Below, piece after piece: positions 13,251 to 26,300 of a stretch of 64,000 bases of DNA. The notes beneath the pieces are model-generated. The model was not told where the DNA came from and did not search any database. It saw only the letters and a program-made list of their open reading frames with translations. This DNA is from Phoronis australis (Eukaryota; Animalia; Phoronida), in the NCBI GenBank assembly GCA_002633005.1, contig NMRA01000887.1, forward strand, positions 1-64,000, given 5' to 3'. How positions within the stretch are numbered: the stretch's first letter is position 1; the number at the start of each line of letters is the position of its first letter. Made by a program: the position numbers and the translations under genes.

Positions 13251-16222
13251 GTAAATAGGTCACCGGCACACATTACAATATTTACACTGAACTAGATTTC
13301 TGAGCAGATAACAAATCCACCCAGTTAGCCAGGGACAGACAGGGGTGGGAGAGAAGGGCGGAGGGAGGGTGGGAGGGAAGGAGGGAAGGGGGAGGAGAAA
13401 GGCATGACTTGCACGTGTTTGGTGAGTATTACTGAGAATGCGCCTGTATGCTAGAACCGGAAAATTGCGATTTATGAAATACAAAATGTATTCTCAGGAA
13501 GAAATTATAGTATGTGAGAAAATGCATCTGATTTTTTAGGAAAAGATAAGAAATACCGCACCACCACTTCTATTTAAGAAAAAAACTTGGACCAGAGCTT
13601 ACTACGCTATTTAGGCTTGGAATCCAACTTCAAGCATTAAGAAATTTACCTCATCTTTTTTAATACTACCCAAGCACTCCCTCAGTTTTACCAAGGAACA
13701 AGTAGTTCCTAGACTGTACATACACGTGTGTTTGGTTCGCTAAAAGGTTTTGTTTCAACTCTGTGTGCGTTTGTTTTAAAGTCCTTGTTGCAAACTGCCC
13801 ATGTGGTTCTAGTATCCGAAAATACTTACTACATAAATTCTTATTTTCGACACCCTTTCTTTTTATTCTTTTCGCCTTTCTTGCCAAAAGCGATTTTTTA
13901 ACAGTATTTGACCCTTCTCTCTGAGCGTATGATTACCGGTTGTCATCGGTTATTTCCGTACCCACATTTCCGGCTCATCAGTTCAGGAACTTGTCCTGAA
14001 CGCCGCCGTTTTTTCCTTGTAACTGAATGTGCTATGGCTTGCTCGAAAAGTCTTCATTATTTTGTTTTATTAGTAATATCTCGTGATTCGTTTGCATATG
14101 TAGTGTATTTATAGTTTGTAGTTAGTGGTCGTTGATTTTTTTGGAATGTTACGCGTACTTAGTATGTTAAAATAGCATTGGTGTTTAGTTCCTTACGTAG
14201 GCCGGTCGAACCTAGGAACCAATATGGATCGAACCAATTTTTTTCGGTTTTATTTTTTTCCTCGTTTTGAAAAAGTACTTTGCTATCATCGGAAAGGTAG
14301 TACATTCTACTCAGTAAAAATCGAAAAAGTATCAAAATCGGGGCAAGCACTGTAAAGTTATTGCAAGTTTTGTGGCGAAATTTGGGTCACTTTGTTTGGA
14401 TCGCGTCGGCCATATTGGAGGACAGCGGGATGAGTTACGAGTTTAAAACTTTGTGTAAATTGTTTTCGCCAACAAATTACGGTGAAATTTAGTTAGACAT
14501 ATCTTTACTTACTATTCTGCACGATTTAGCAGTGTTCACCAAATTTCAGCCTCGCAGTTGTTACTCATTAAGTGATAAATGTGCTCACAATTCCCGTTGG
14601 ACTTCGTCTCATTTCTGGCGGCACCGACAACATGGCGACTTTTGCTGAACTGAAAGGCATGTTCAATCGGCTACTTTGTAATTTGTGAAGATTTAACGTT
14701 GATACATTTTGACAAACGTTGCTACAAAAAAGAAACTTTGTTCAATTTTCGTGTTTTTTGTGTTTGTGGCCAGCGACCAGTTAGGCCTAAGGGTAGTCTT
14801 GGCGCAAAGCTGTCTAGGCCTACTAACAAGCTGTATTTTGACTATAGTCTTCACTGGTAGCTGGTGACTGAGGCTAACTAAGGTCTGCCGCGGCAGTGTG
14901 ACACAGGACTAACCAGCCCGTAATTTCATGCAAGTGTCTGAAACTACCCTTGAATATATGCAGCATTTATCATTTGACCATTTTACTTCGACAAAACAGC
15001 TTGCAACCGCATGCATTTACCGTTCGCCAGTGTCTGGTCTCGATCCGCACCGGGTCCGATAGGCTGCGGTCCCGAGTCTAGCAAAATAATTTCTGTCAAA
15101 ATTTATTCGCCACATTTCTTCAGCAAATTCCATAAAATTGTCCGTTGTTTGATTTTATCAAAATTAAGGCGCGCTGTCGATTTTTTTATCCCCGTTTGCT
15201 GGCTGGTAACAGTACAGGCACTGCTCCAGTAGCACTGACGGCGTTTTCTCGGCCTGGGTTCCTGAATGAATTGTACTTCCGGGATCGCGGCAAGTTCAAA
15301 ATGGCGGTGTTTCTTCGTGTGCGAATCGTGAGTGGCGCGTTCATTTAAACTGTTTTCGAGTACGGATCGTGTATTAGTTATGGGGTAGGTACTTCTTGGA
15401 TCCTTATAACATCTTCTAACCATGTAATAAGGGTTAACAACGCGTGAGAGAAGGACTTTAATCGTCGGCGAAACTTCGCGCTCCCTGGGTGGCGAGACTA
15501 TTATTATAACCGCTAAAATCTGACGGCTAAATAATTGTACAACTCGGTGTACTTTGCAGTCCTGGCTTCACGAGAATCGTTACAGTATACACTCGCGGAA
15601 TTCATTGAGCATATAAATATTAAATCTATTGACAGCTTATTTACACATCTGAACAATGTCGTTTCTGCACAGTTCGTTGACGTGGAAATGAGACATAGGC
15701 AAGACAAAAAAGCTAAATGTTTGAACGCCTACTGAACCTACGCTTCATTGAGTTACTCTTAATGTGTTTAATTTGCCTTAGCGAATGCCCAGCCTGAAAG
15801 AACGCACGGTTTCTTTTGCCGTTTTACGGCACACCTAATACTTGGAAAACAAATTAATTTCAGCAGAGGCGTGAAATTGAGATGCTTATAACCACCCTGG
15901 CAGTTCCCTGTTGTCAAGATCAATGAACAGCGGAGTCGGCCGCAAGAAACCAAGGAGTAATGGAAGTCGCCACAGATACTACTGAACACCTCACCCTAAT
16001 AATCATCAATGTTTTTGGTTTATGAAATTTTAGCACACGCATTCAATGGCATCTTGTAATACCTAATACTCTTAAAGACCTCTGAAACTTACATGTAAAC
16101 TGAGGGCACATACATGTAAATGTGGAATTGCTATTTCGCTAATAAGCCAATGAGACGACAGAAGTAGCAATTTCCTTGCTCAGGCAATGTTTGTCATAAT
16201 AAGTAGTTTATATTCTAATTAC

Positions 16223-16311
16223 TGTGTGTGTGTGTGCGCGTGTTTGTGTGTGTGTGTGCGCGCGCGCGCGCGCGTGTGTGTGTGTATGTGTGTGTGTGTG
16301 TGTGTTTGTGT
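16223..16311. repeat. (TG)n/(CG)n alternating purine-pyrimidine tract
   Basis: Read directly from the sequence; includes gcgcgcgcgcgcgcgcg. Confidence 0.95.
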
Positions 16312-16862
16312 GGTACTTCAGGTGGGGCGGTTTTAAAACATGCTGGCCAGTATTAAGAACGCCAGGAGATTTCTGCACTTTACGTCCTCGTTTGATTGGG
16401 ACTAATTTTAGTGAAGAAGGATCTACTAGTTACGAAGAAATCCCCGGTGAGTGCCTTGCGAGCGTTAGTTCGATATAATGTGGAATCGACCATTAGACAT
16501 CACGGTTAATTGCGTATATCTGCTAATTAACCACTAGACAACTGAGTACCTAGCTTAGTGCATCGTTCTTAAGAATAATATCATTAGATTCGTTGCTCTT
16601 AATTTGATTATTCTGTAACGACATACGCCACCATGCTATTGTTAGACGCTATTGTTACAAGACATTCTAGCACCGACAAATGCAGTCATGCTGATGTTAG
16701 ACGTTACAAAACATTTTGCCGTCCCGTCCTTCTAAGGACTTTTTATGCTCAGGGGTCACTTTGCAGAAACAACAGTTTACTAATAATGATTTCGACTGAT
16801 CGTAACTTAATTCAATTTATACCACAATATCTACCTCGAATGGCCAATACAACCGTTAAATA

Positions 16863-16936
16863 GCCCAAGACGGGTTTCGAACCCGGTTCGCAATAGTTTC
16901 GAATCGTCGACTTTACCACTGCACCACTCAGCGGCT
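16863..16936 (-). other. tRNA-derived (SINE-head-like) sequence, not a functional tRNA
   Basis: The minus strand has an A-box-like tggtgcagtggt and a B-box/T-arm gggttcgaaaccc at tRNA spacing, but the acceptor stem does not pair. Confidence 0.5.
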
Positions 16937-18800
16937 GACGTCATTGAGCTTGAAAATACAATACTTAAATGAGCATGCCCAACAATAGCATGTTCAACAA
17001 ACGGCGTTGTGCCGACATTTATACGCTATGAAAAATAACTGGCAAAATTTCAATAAAAACGACATCTTTAATTCAGTAAAATTTATCTGTCATTTTCCCT
17101 CACTCTTATGTATATTCACGAAATGACTGGTAGCAAAGTGTCACTGATGCTTTATCTACACGATTAAATTGGTCGTAAGAAACATGCCCGTACCGTGGCA
17201 CCCTCTACCGGAAGCCGAAGTTCGCACAAGGAGCCACCAATGTGCAGTTCAGGTCTGTCACAGAGCGCAAAAGATCGTCAAAAATATGATTTAACAAATT
17301 CATGACGAATGTATCATCTCGCAACGTCTAGTATGGAGTAATTCACTTGCCCCTGTGGGAAAATTTGCAGAAAAAAATCACAAAATTCACGATTTTTGAG
17401 ATACGCGCTAAGGGAAAACTCTGTGGTTACCACAGAGTTCCAAATCTCCCTCCCACTTATGATAAATGCGTGCATGCGCTCACACTCAGTGGCTAGAAGA
17501 AGTTAGAGGTCAAGAGTTACAATTTCTATATAAAGGAAATATGCTATACCAAATATGGAGTCGTGCTTTGCCTTGTGGGAGAGAAATCGACAAAGTGACG
17601 AGCAGTTGAGAGATCGTTTTTTTTTTGAAATTTGAAACTGAAAGAAAATGCTTTGATATCAAGGGAAATAAAAAAATCTTTACGAACAAATTCTAAAACA
17701 CTTGGTGAGCAGGTTGAATTCTGTTTCGATGGCACAGAACCACTATTGTAATTTCGTCTATTTATCGCGTTCCATGTCTCTTTAACGAATATCTGACGTG
17801 ACGACTAACGACCTCCGGAGTTACCTCGGTGATGACCGAGGAGGGGAAAGAAAAGCAGAAGGCCGGCCAAGAAGAATTTCGCACCTGCGCGATGCAATAA
17901 CTGTATACGGGCATGATATATGACAGTCGATAATTACGAAGTCTATAAGACTAATTTTTGTGTGTCGTACACCTGTAAATTTACAATCACCTTTGCAGAT
18001 AAGTCAAGGTTATGAAGAACCCTAGAACATGTCTAAATTTGTCTCCCTTCGGAGCAACATGTCGTTTTTGTACTGTTTTAACAGTTCCTCATGCAAAAGA
18101 TTATTGCAACCATTTTCATGAGGGACTGTCTAAGGATGTTTTGGATTTTTATGAATAATCGCAAAAGCTGCACAAAGCAAAAACGAAATGATAATTTAAA
18201 AAGCTGTTAGGTAGCGGTTATTTTTGAGAATCCGTAATGAACATTGACATCAAACGACATTTCGACACATCATTGATACCGTTAATTCCTAACAGATGTA
18301 TCTTGTTTTTTGCTAACGAAGCAGGCATGGTTTCGTGACCCAATTATTGGCAGACAGCTAAAAAGTCAAAAATCTAATTTTTCATGCTCTCTGCTCTCAG
18401 AAATACATACTTTTATTGAGTTAACATCTATAGTTCTTCAGATACTTGGCTAAATACACGGACTTGTCAATGATATTAAGAAGAATGATGCGTACAGTGT
18501 AGAATAATATCGGTGAAGTACATGTAGGTTATGGGGATCCTGAGTAACAGGAGGGATCCATGCATGAATTGGAAGGTCCACTAAATTTTCTTTTGAAGAG
18601 CAAAATTAATAGTAGCCTACGATAGCCAAAATATTAAACATTTGAGTAGCGTACAGCTTACTATAGTACAAATATGTTTATATCCTTCACACTAGAACTG
18701 GCGTCGGTCAACGATAAGTCAATTGACTTTCTTGTTACTACAAATCTGAAACTAAAACACATCTAGGTTTTTTTTTTACTGAAAGTCATGATCAATGCCT

Positions 18801-18921
18801 TGGTCAGCCATGGTTGGTCAGACACGGTCGATGTCTTTGTCAGGCGTGGTCAGTGTTGTCAGGCATTGTTAGTGTTTTGGTCAGGCATAGTCAGTATTGT
18901 CAGGCATGGTCAGTGTGTTGG
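18801..18921. repeat. Degenerate 19-20-bp minisatellite (gtcaggcatggtcagtgtt), about 5 copies
   Basis: Read directly from the sequence. Confidence 0.75.
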
Positions 18922-21859
18922 AGTTAAGCAAGACATTTCAACTTCACTTTTCAGAATTTTGTTTCTTGTTTTGCCAGATTTGAACGCTTGTTAGTCGGCG
19001 TTGTGCCTGTGTACTTTAATTGCATGTGTTTAGTGGCGGATGTCAAATCTTTTCTCCATCAAACTCTGTTAATAGGTGTAATGATGGTAAACACCATTGC
19101 ACCCTCGCTTAAGCACAGGAAGACAGAGATAAGGAAACGAAAGGTCTATTACCTAGTAATCATGACGGCAGCACCGTCACCGTATCTCTTACGCAATTCT
19201 TGTCTTTTTTAAATATCACGCCAGTTTTTTAGACTAATGTTACGCATTCTTTTTTGCCTTGAAAATTTTTATTGTATAGCCAAGATTTTAGATCATCTAC
19301 TTAGTACGTTTCGAATTTACACTCACGAGTTTTTCAATATCCGTAATCTTCCACTGTAGAGCGCAACGCAAGATGACGACTGACGAAGTAAGTGAAAAAA
19401 GAAAAAATGGGACATCGCGCAGCTTATATTTAAACGTCCATTTTACATTAAATAGTCCAAATTTGAATGAAAAGGTGTAATGAAAGAAAAAAATTGTACC
19501 TGGATCTTTTCCCACAAACCTTATGCTGTTCTCAAACTTTAATGGCAAAGTCAGTTTTTTCAAATAGATTATAATTTGATCGATACAGCCTACAAAATGA
19601 CACTAAAATTACCAAAGTTTTGTTGTAAAACAACAGAATTTTCAAATTTCAGCAAATTTACATATTATAGACACACGATCGGGACACCAGCGAACGTATG
19701 CTGCAATTGAACAGTGAGCTTGTAATTCATAACGAGTAAACTTTCGAACACAGAAACCTTTGGCTCGGTTCTAACTCAAGCTGACTCAGAGGTGCCTGAA
19801 CAAAACCTGGTAGCGTTGATTTTACTTAAAAGTACTGTACATAAGAATATCTTGCAAAGCTAATTCACTGCCACAATTCGTACTTACAGGAAGAGCACTC
19901 CTGCGCCGTTACTCAAGCAATGCCACTTCACGTTTGACTGAATTCAGCTGGTTAGTATGTTGAATATGACTTCAGGAAAAGATTATAGTATAAGTGCGCC
20001 ACCTATCGCCAAGAAATCGAAAATTGTTTTGCGTCCATTTTTGAGAAAATTGATTCTGAATTAAACTAATTTCGTTGTTGTTGACTTCAATTCCAACTCA
20101 AGCCCGTAATTACATTGATTTCAATTGGTTGTAATTTGTTCATCAAACAGGATTTGACAGTGCATATATATCTTGTGGCTTCAGAAATTCTTAACAATTC
20201 AACTGCCTGCTTCAATTTATCATGGACTACCATACGCAACGTCGGCGATTGGATCGCGACATCACAGAAGCTCGTTTCATATCACGGTTATTGCAGAACC
20301 CCATGACACTAGTAAGGGTTTGCTGTGACATCAAGCCATACAGTGTATCTACACCGCAAACTAATGAACCCTTAGTACAAAAACACTCAGATGCAGGCAA
20401 GTGGCAAGGAACAGTGAATTTGTATTTGCCCCTATTCAGGTTCCTCAAATGCCCGCACAGAGCTAAATCATTTGAGTTGTATATCATATATATGTATAGG
20501 ATAGACCAATTAATGAATTTTCAGGAGTGGTATTTTCTGGGCAATACGTTATTAAGTTTTCAATTCAAGGCCTTTTTCGAACCTCATTTATTTGGGAAAA
20601 GCTCATTTCAAATGAGAAGGTGTTTAACTGGATATATCGAGATGGTGGCGGCAAATCATTTAAATAACGGCATTCTGTTCATCACTTTATCGTGTGTAAC
20701 TAGAAACACTAACTAGCCGTATTAATAAAAAACACGACTTCCGCCTCAAAATATGAATGAAAGCAACGCTTTCCAACTATGGCACAGCATGAGGGTTTTA
20801 AATCCTACTTGCAAACTGTTTACTGCTTGTCCGTCTAGTTAACGTTTATAGGACAATGAAACTTCGACAGAACTACCTAATACATTGATCGTTTGTTTCT
20901 TAAACGTTACTTACACAGAATCGCAACGCCGCTGAGAACCGAATATTAACGAGAGTTATTTCCTATTTGCCTATAATTGACACGGCTGATTTTGCGTCAA
21001 AAGCAAAAGGGCGAATTCACGTGAGTGAAAGCATTTTGGATAAATATTCGCGGTACGCGGATGAACATTTTCTTTATCGGAATAATCCGACAATGATCGG
21101 AAGGGGGTGAAGAGCAGACGCGAGCAACGGTTTTCAGAAGATTGTATTTAAACTGATGCGCTTTCGAAAAAATGTAGTGCCACAGTCAACCTCTACCGGC
21201 TAGCACATTGTTGGGTTCTTGAATCACCACGTGACACATTCCCCGCGTGTTTTGGAAGGTTGATCATTATATTTTAAAGCTGCCTCGTCCCACTCAGTTG
21301 GCTAAAAACGAAAATTAAATTAGGCATTTTACTCTCATAAAATCGATCGCATAGTACATGTATTGCTCACCGTGACAGCATTCTGTTTCTGCTACCATCA
21401 AGAACATCGAAACCATCAACTACTTAACTGACAAAAGGCTTCAGAGTTTAATGGGGTTGGCCAATCGTAAAATTGCGTATTCGAAAATGGTGCATGTACA
21501 CGTTGCCTTTGACTTTAATTGGTAATGGGAATAGAATCCCATCACGGAAAGGAATGTTATCAGAATTAATGGTCTAGTCAGATTTTTGTATTCAAGCCAG
21601 GTAAACAGTGTGAAGTGCAACTTTAAACAGAGTCAGAGATCACGTGGTCCAAAATTTATTAAACAGTTAGCTTCGATATTTTTTACATCAAATTAACGTC
21701 GATGAGCGTACAGTTGCAAGTTTAAAGTCTGCGTTATAAATGAAAGTGAGATTATGAATTAGCATCCAGGTAATCCGCAAATAAGTCATCTGTGAACATT
21801 CTAATTAGTTATAATTACGAAGTTTTGCGACAGATGGCGCGTAGCGTAAACGTACACTG

Positions 21860-22749
21860 AGCCTCTTCCCCAAGCCTCAAGATGGCATTGATTGGTTTAG
21901 CCATTTGAGTCTCAGTTATGGGAAATACCTTCTGTGCAATGATTGGCAGATGCCTTGACGTCATTAAAACAAAGGCAGATTTTAATTATTTTGACAAGAG
22001 TTGTTGCTGCCATTCATGAAGCAGAAGGCACTGTTTTTGATATGTTTGAAATAATGGTTGTTGGCGTACTCATTTCCATTTTTTTATTAGTAGTACCATA
22101 GAAATTATTCTGTTTTGGAAACAAAATAGTTTTTTGCAAAAATGTTGACCTATATTGCTGCCGTATACCTTTAATTTCATAATTGTACTGCAGAAAATTT
22201 GAAAGTACATATCACTTTATATTACTCGTGATATTCCGGTGATTTCCGGCCGTAAAAGTGTGTCCATAACCAAGTCTCAAATGGCTTACTCTCTCACATA
22301 GAGCCACCTATACTGAAAAGTGGCCCTGTGGAAACTGATAAACGACACACGGAATTCAGTGTGTGGGCATCAATGCGCATGCTTGGTCGGAAGTATACCG
22401 ATTACATAGCCACCGCTTGCAGACGCCTTCTATACACTGTACTTGTTTGGGCTTAAGCCACTGGATCGGGGTTGCCTTGATTTTGTTCAATTAGATCACT
22501 GCCCGTTTTAATAAGTTGCAGCTATTCAAGTCAAAGGTGATCGTCATACTACATAGCTGTATACTAAAAGGTGTTTCCCATATTTCAACCCATGGGAATA
22601 ACTGAATGTTATGACGTCGATTTCATTACTTTAACCAATGGGAAGCCATGTTAAACAACAGTCCGCAGTGCTACCTTTCGTAGCACTGTGAAAGAGTGTT
22701 CAAATGGCTAAGCCGATTAGCGCCGTCTTGAGGCTTGGGAACGAGGATG
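21860..22749. mobile_element. MITE family C with imperfect TIRs of about 50 bp
   Basis: Left cctcttccccaagcctcaagatggcattgattggtttagccatttga versus right tcaaatggctaagccgattagcgccgtcttgaggcttgggaacgagg. Confidence 0.8.
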
Positions 22750-22984
22750 ACACAATCTACTGAAGTAAAGTCTGGGTTCGAGACTAAATAAACGAAATGG
22801 TGTTATGGCCGATAACAAGTGGATGTGATCCATTTGCTGGAACCTGAGGTAGAAGCAGTGTTGTATAGAGAGTGGATACACCAGTATAGCTACCTACATT
22901 TATTGTAACTTGCAAAAACAGGCTCATTGTCGAACGTTAATGTTTCATGTAAAAATGTTGTTTCTCAAGCATAACATAGCTTTG

Positions 22985-23313
22985 CAGTGGCGGATTTAGG
23001 GGGGCCAAGGGGGCCATGCCCCCCCTAAAATTCTACCAGGTACTATTCGGGAGTGCGGATGCGAATTGCTGACTAGCACATGCGCGCAACCAAGGGGGCT
23101 CAGGGGGTGAATAAAGTGAATAAACAATGCATAGGCCCTGAACAAACCCCGTTCACGTTTTTTTTTTTTTAGTCAACAGGTACGCAAACCCAAAATTCGA
23201 CAACCCTGTATCCCCACAATTAAGGTTGGGCGCGCGCATTTGCGCTCGTCTTCCGAAATTCTGGTTATTCCTGTGCCCTGCCCCCCCAACTCAAAATCCT
23301 GGATCCACCCCTG
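22985..23313. mobile_element. MITE family A copy with a perfect 5-bp TSD
   Basis: ctttg|cagtggcggatttagg ... cctggatccacccctg|ctttg. Confidence 0.85.
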
Positions 23314-26300
23314 CTTTGTACACTTGCTCAGAGTTTTGAGGCTTTCAATCGACTGCTGAAGGTCATTCACTATTTTTGTGTCGAGGGAAAGAGTCCAAGA
23401 AGATGCGTTTACTCCCACCTACTGGTATGGTGAACCACAAAAAGGTCAAGCCGTGGCATAACTGACATGCAGAACTTGGCGGGGAAACAGGCGCTTCCCT
23501 TGATCTTTGAAAGTTGACACGGCGATTCGGTTGCCCTTTGTGAAATAGAGTGATTATTGAAATAAAGCGAAACTGCAGTCTACCCGTGAGAATCTCCGTT
23601 TGAAATGTTTAGACATGGCTGACGTGTAGTGTAAATCAATATTTAAGCCTACGGAGATATAACCCCTTTTACTTTTCGTTCACTTTCCTTTGTCGTGTAA
23701 CAAAACAAACAAGTATTCTATGAACTATAAATAGTCAGGGAAAATCAACTTAAAATTAATACCATATAGGCTTTACAACTAACTGCCTTTCTACTTGTGT
23801 GTGAAAGTACACGCATATATCGCAATCGATACAAAATGGGTGTCAATCTAGACAAACTGCAATAACAACTAAAAGTTGTCTTTTCAAACCGATAGAGCCC
23901 ACGAACTGATGATACAATAATTTATGTTAATGGAGGCCAATAGTAGGAAATGCTAAGGAGGATTTAAAATATATTTACTAACTGGGTGTACGATTGCCGC
24001 TAACAGGTAATGCTGACGAAGGTTGACAATTATCTTTATTGTTGCAACGGCATCCAATTATAGTGTAGTTAGTTAGCATGAAGTCAAATAAAATTACAAA
24101 GCGTGAATTCAAGTAAGATCTGATCAGTCAATTAGTCATCAGTAGCTTGGAAAAATTGGCAACATGACCACAGTGGCGACACTTATCGGCGGAAGTAATA
24201 TAATGCATCCGGTTGTTTAGAAATTATCTTTTGTCGCCTTCGTTTAAATTGTCTTGCGAATCACGAATCTCGATACAATAATCCACAGTGACAACCACGC
24301 ACGTTGTATAACATATATTTATGCTGAGAATTGAGTCATATTAGGAAAGAAGACAGTAATTAGGCTCGCTTCAATTCATAAACTAATGTAGACTGCACGC
24401 ACCGATTTTAAAACGAATACAAACCCTAGCTGTAGCGTCTGCCTAGCAAGCAACGTTTGATTTAGCCCGTTTGACTTTATGAATAGGTCTCAAGTTGCTC
24501 CTTACTAAAAAAGGGGGTGATTTGTAAAGACTTGGCAGCAATTATGACTTGTCATGGCTTTTTATTTTATTTCAAGCAAAAACCTATACACATCCATGTA
24601 TCTGCATGATGTCCAAAAGTATTACGTAATATGATTAGAAGCAAGGGTGAAACCAAACTAATAATCCAAAACTGACACAAAAATTTTTATCTCCCCAAAT
24701 ATCTTCCTAGCAACTATTTTTGAAGACTTCTAATTTTGTCAGTTTTACAGTATTTAATAACAAAATTTCGTAATTACCGGAAGTCAGGAATTTTTCCTCC
24801 CGGAGATTTGTTTGAAAAAGGATAACCCGGTCAATCACAAAAAAAATAAATTGTGCACTACCAGGGAATCCAAACAATGCTTCCCGTTTTTGAAAAAACA
24901 AAAAACACTTCTTATTTGAGTTAGAAACAAGTCGAGATCAATTTTCTAGCGGTAAGCTGTTTAAATCAAAATTTGAGTTCCTTCTTTGGAACGGGGGTAC
25001 ATTTCTGCGTCATAAATGGCTACCTCTAGGTTTGAGGCTATAACTCTTCACCAATAGGGTGCGCTTCTTTAGAGGTTACCAGCGGTACTGATTCTATTTT
25101 TGCCTGGAGTGCCACTGAAATTTAGGGCTTCACAATTTTCATTGATGTGAAATGACATTGTTAATTCTCCATCAAGGCAGATGACACATGCTTCGCCTGT
25201 TGCTTCCTTGCAACCCAACAAAAACAAATGATCAGTGAACAAACCATGACTATAAACAAAAATTGATAACAAAGACTTTTATAGGTTAAAGAACAACAAG
25301 TTAACAAATTTTATGCTATTTCGGTTTTCTCAGAAAAGAATTTTGGTAAATTAACCATAAGACAACTGATAGATTTGAAAACTTCAATTGTTTGAAAATC
25401 TTGTAGACAATCTCTTTCTTCCATTGGAAATTTCTAAAAAGAATTGTTCGTATTCTTTCGATATTCAAACGCGCTCATGATACATAAAGCTCTTATACTA
25501 TCTCATCGACAGTTTGGCATGGCATCACACAGGCGTATAATGGACAGGCAATAGCAGACTTTTCAAATTACTGCTCTATATAGTAACTAGAACGCGGAAG
25601 TTGGTGACTTCCGCTTGATCCCGACACAGATTAGTTGGATAGAAATTCAATTACTGCATAATGGTTCATTAATTTCAAAATAGAGTACTAACAATTTTCC
25701 GCTGTTAGTCACTCCCATTGTTTAATTGGGTTAATTAATTAATTACAGGTTTGGGTTAGGAATTCGACCTCGTTTAACAGTCGCAGCTACAGACTTCGCA
25801 GATGCGGATTTTTCTTCTATTTTCTCTGCGGTGGATGTGAATGTGATAGCGGTCAGAAGGTCGAAATGCAGGCCGGCATTGTCAAAGGGATGATTTCGCT
25901 GGCCTCACGCATTGCCAAAACCCTAGTTTTGCTCCTGCACGCCAGTCGTGCTAACAGAGATGATCATGTGTCAAAGACTTTTATTTATTGTTTTTCATTG
26001 ATTTGTCATTTGTTTTGGTGTTTCATGACAACTAAGCGTTTAACGATCTCTGACTCGCCAACTGACACCGGGTCAATAGAAGGTGAATAGAACTGAAACG
26101 AGGCGATTAAAACTGCATAATTGACAAATTTACAAGACATGTTCACTTTTAAATGCGGTCTCTTCCGACGCTAACAAACATACTCTAACTAAGTAAAAAC
26201 AAAAGTCATATTTCCTTCAGTCAGTGTTAATATATTAATGTATTTTCGTTTACAATTATGGGTATTTGAATGACGGAAGTATTACTGTGACAGAAAGCTA

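Noticed and set aside
16863-16936. tRNA gene
   Set aside because: A and B boxes are present but the acceptor stem does not pair; kept only as tRNA-derived sequence.
25100-25210. ACVICLDGE, resembling a RING finger start
   Set aside because: The remaining Cys/His ligands and a matching next exon are absent.
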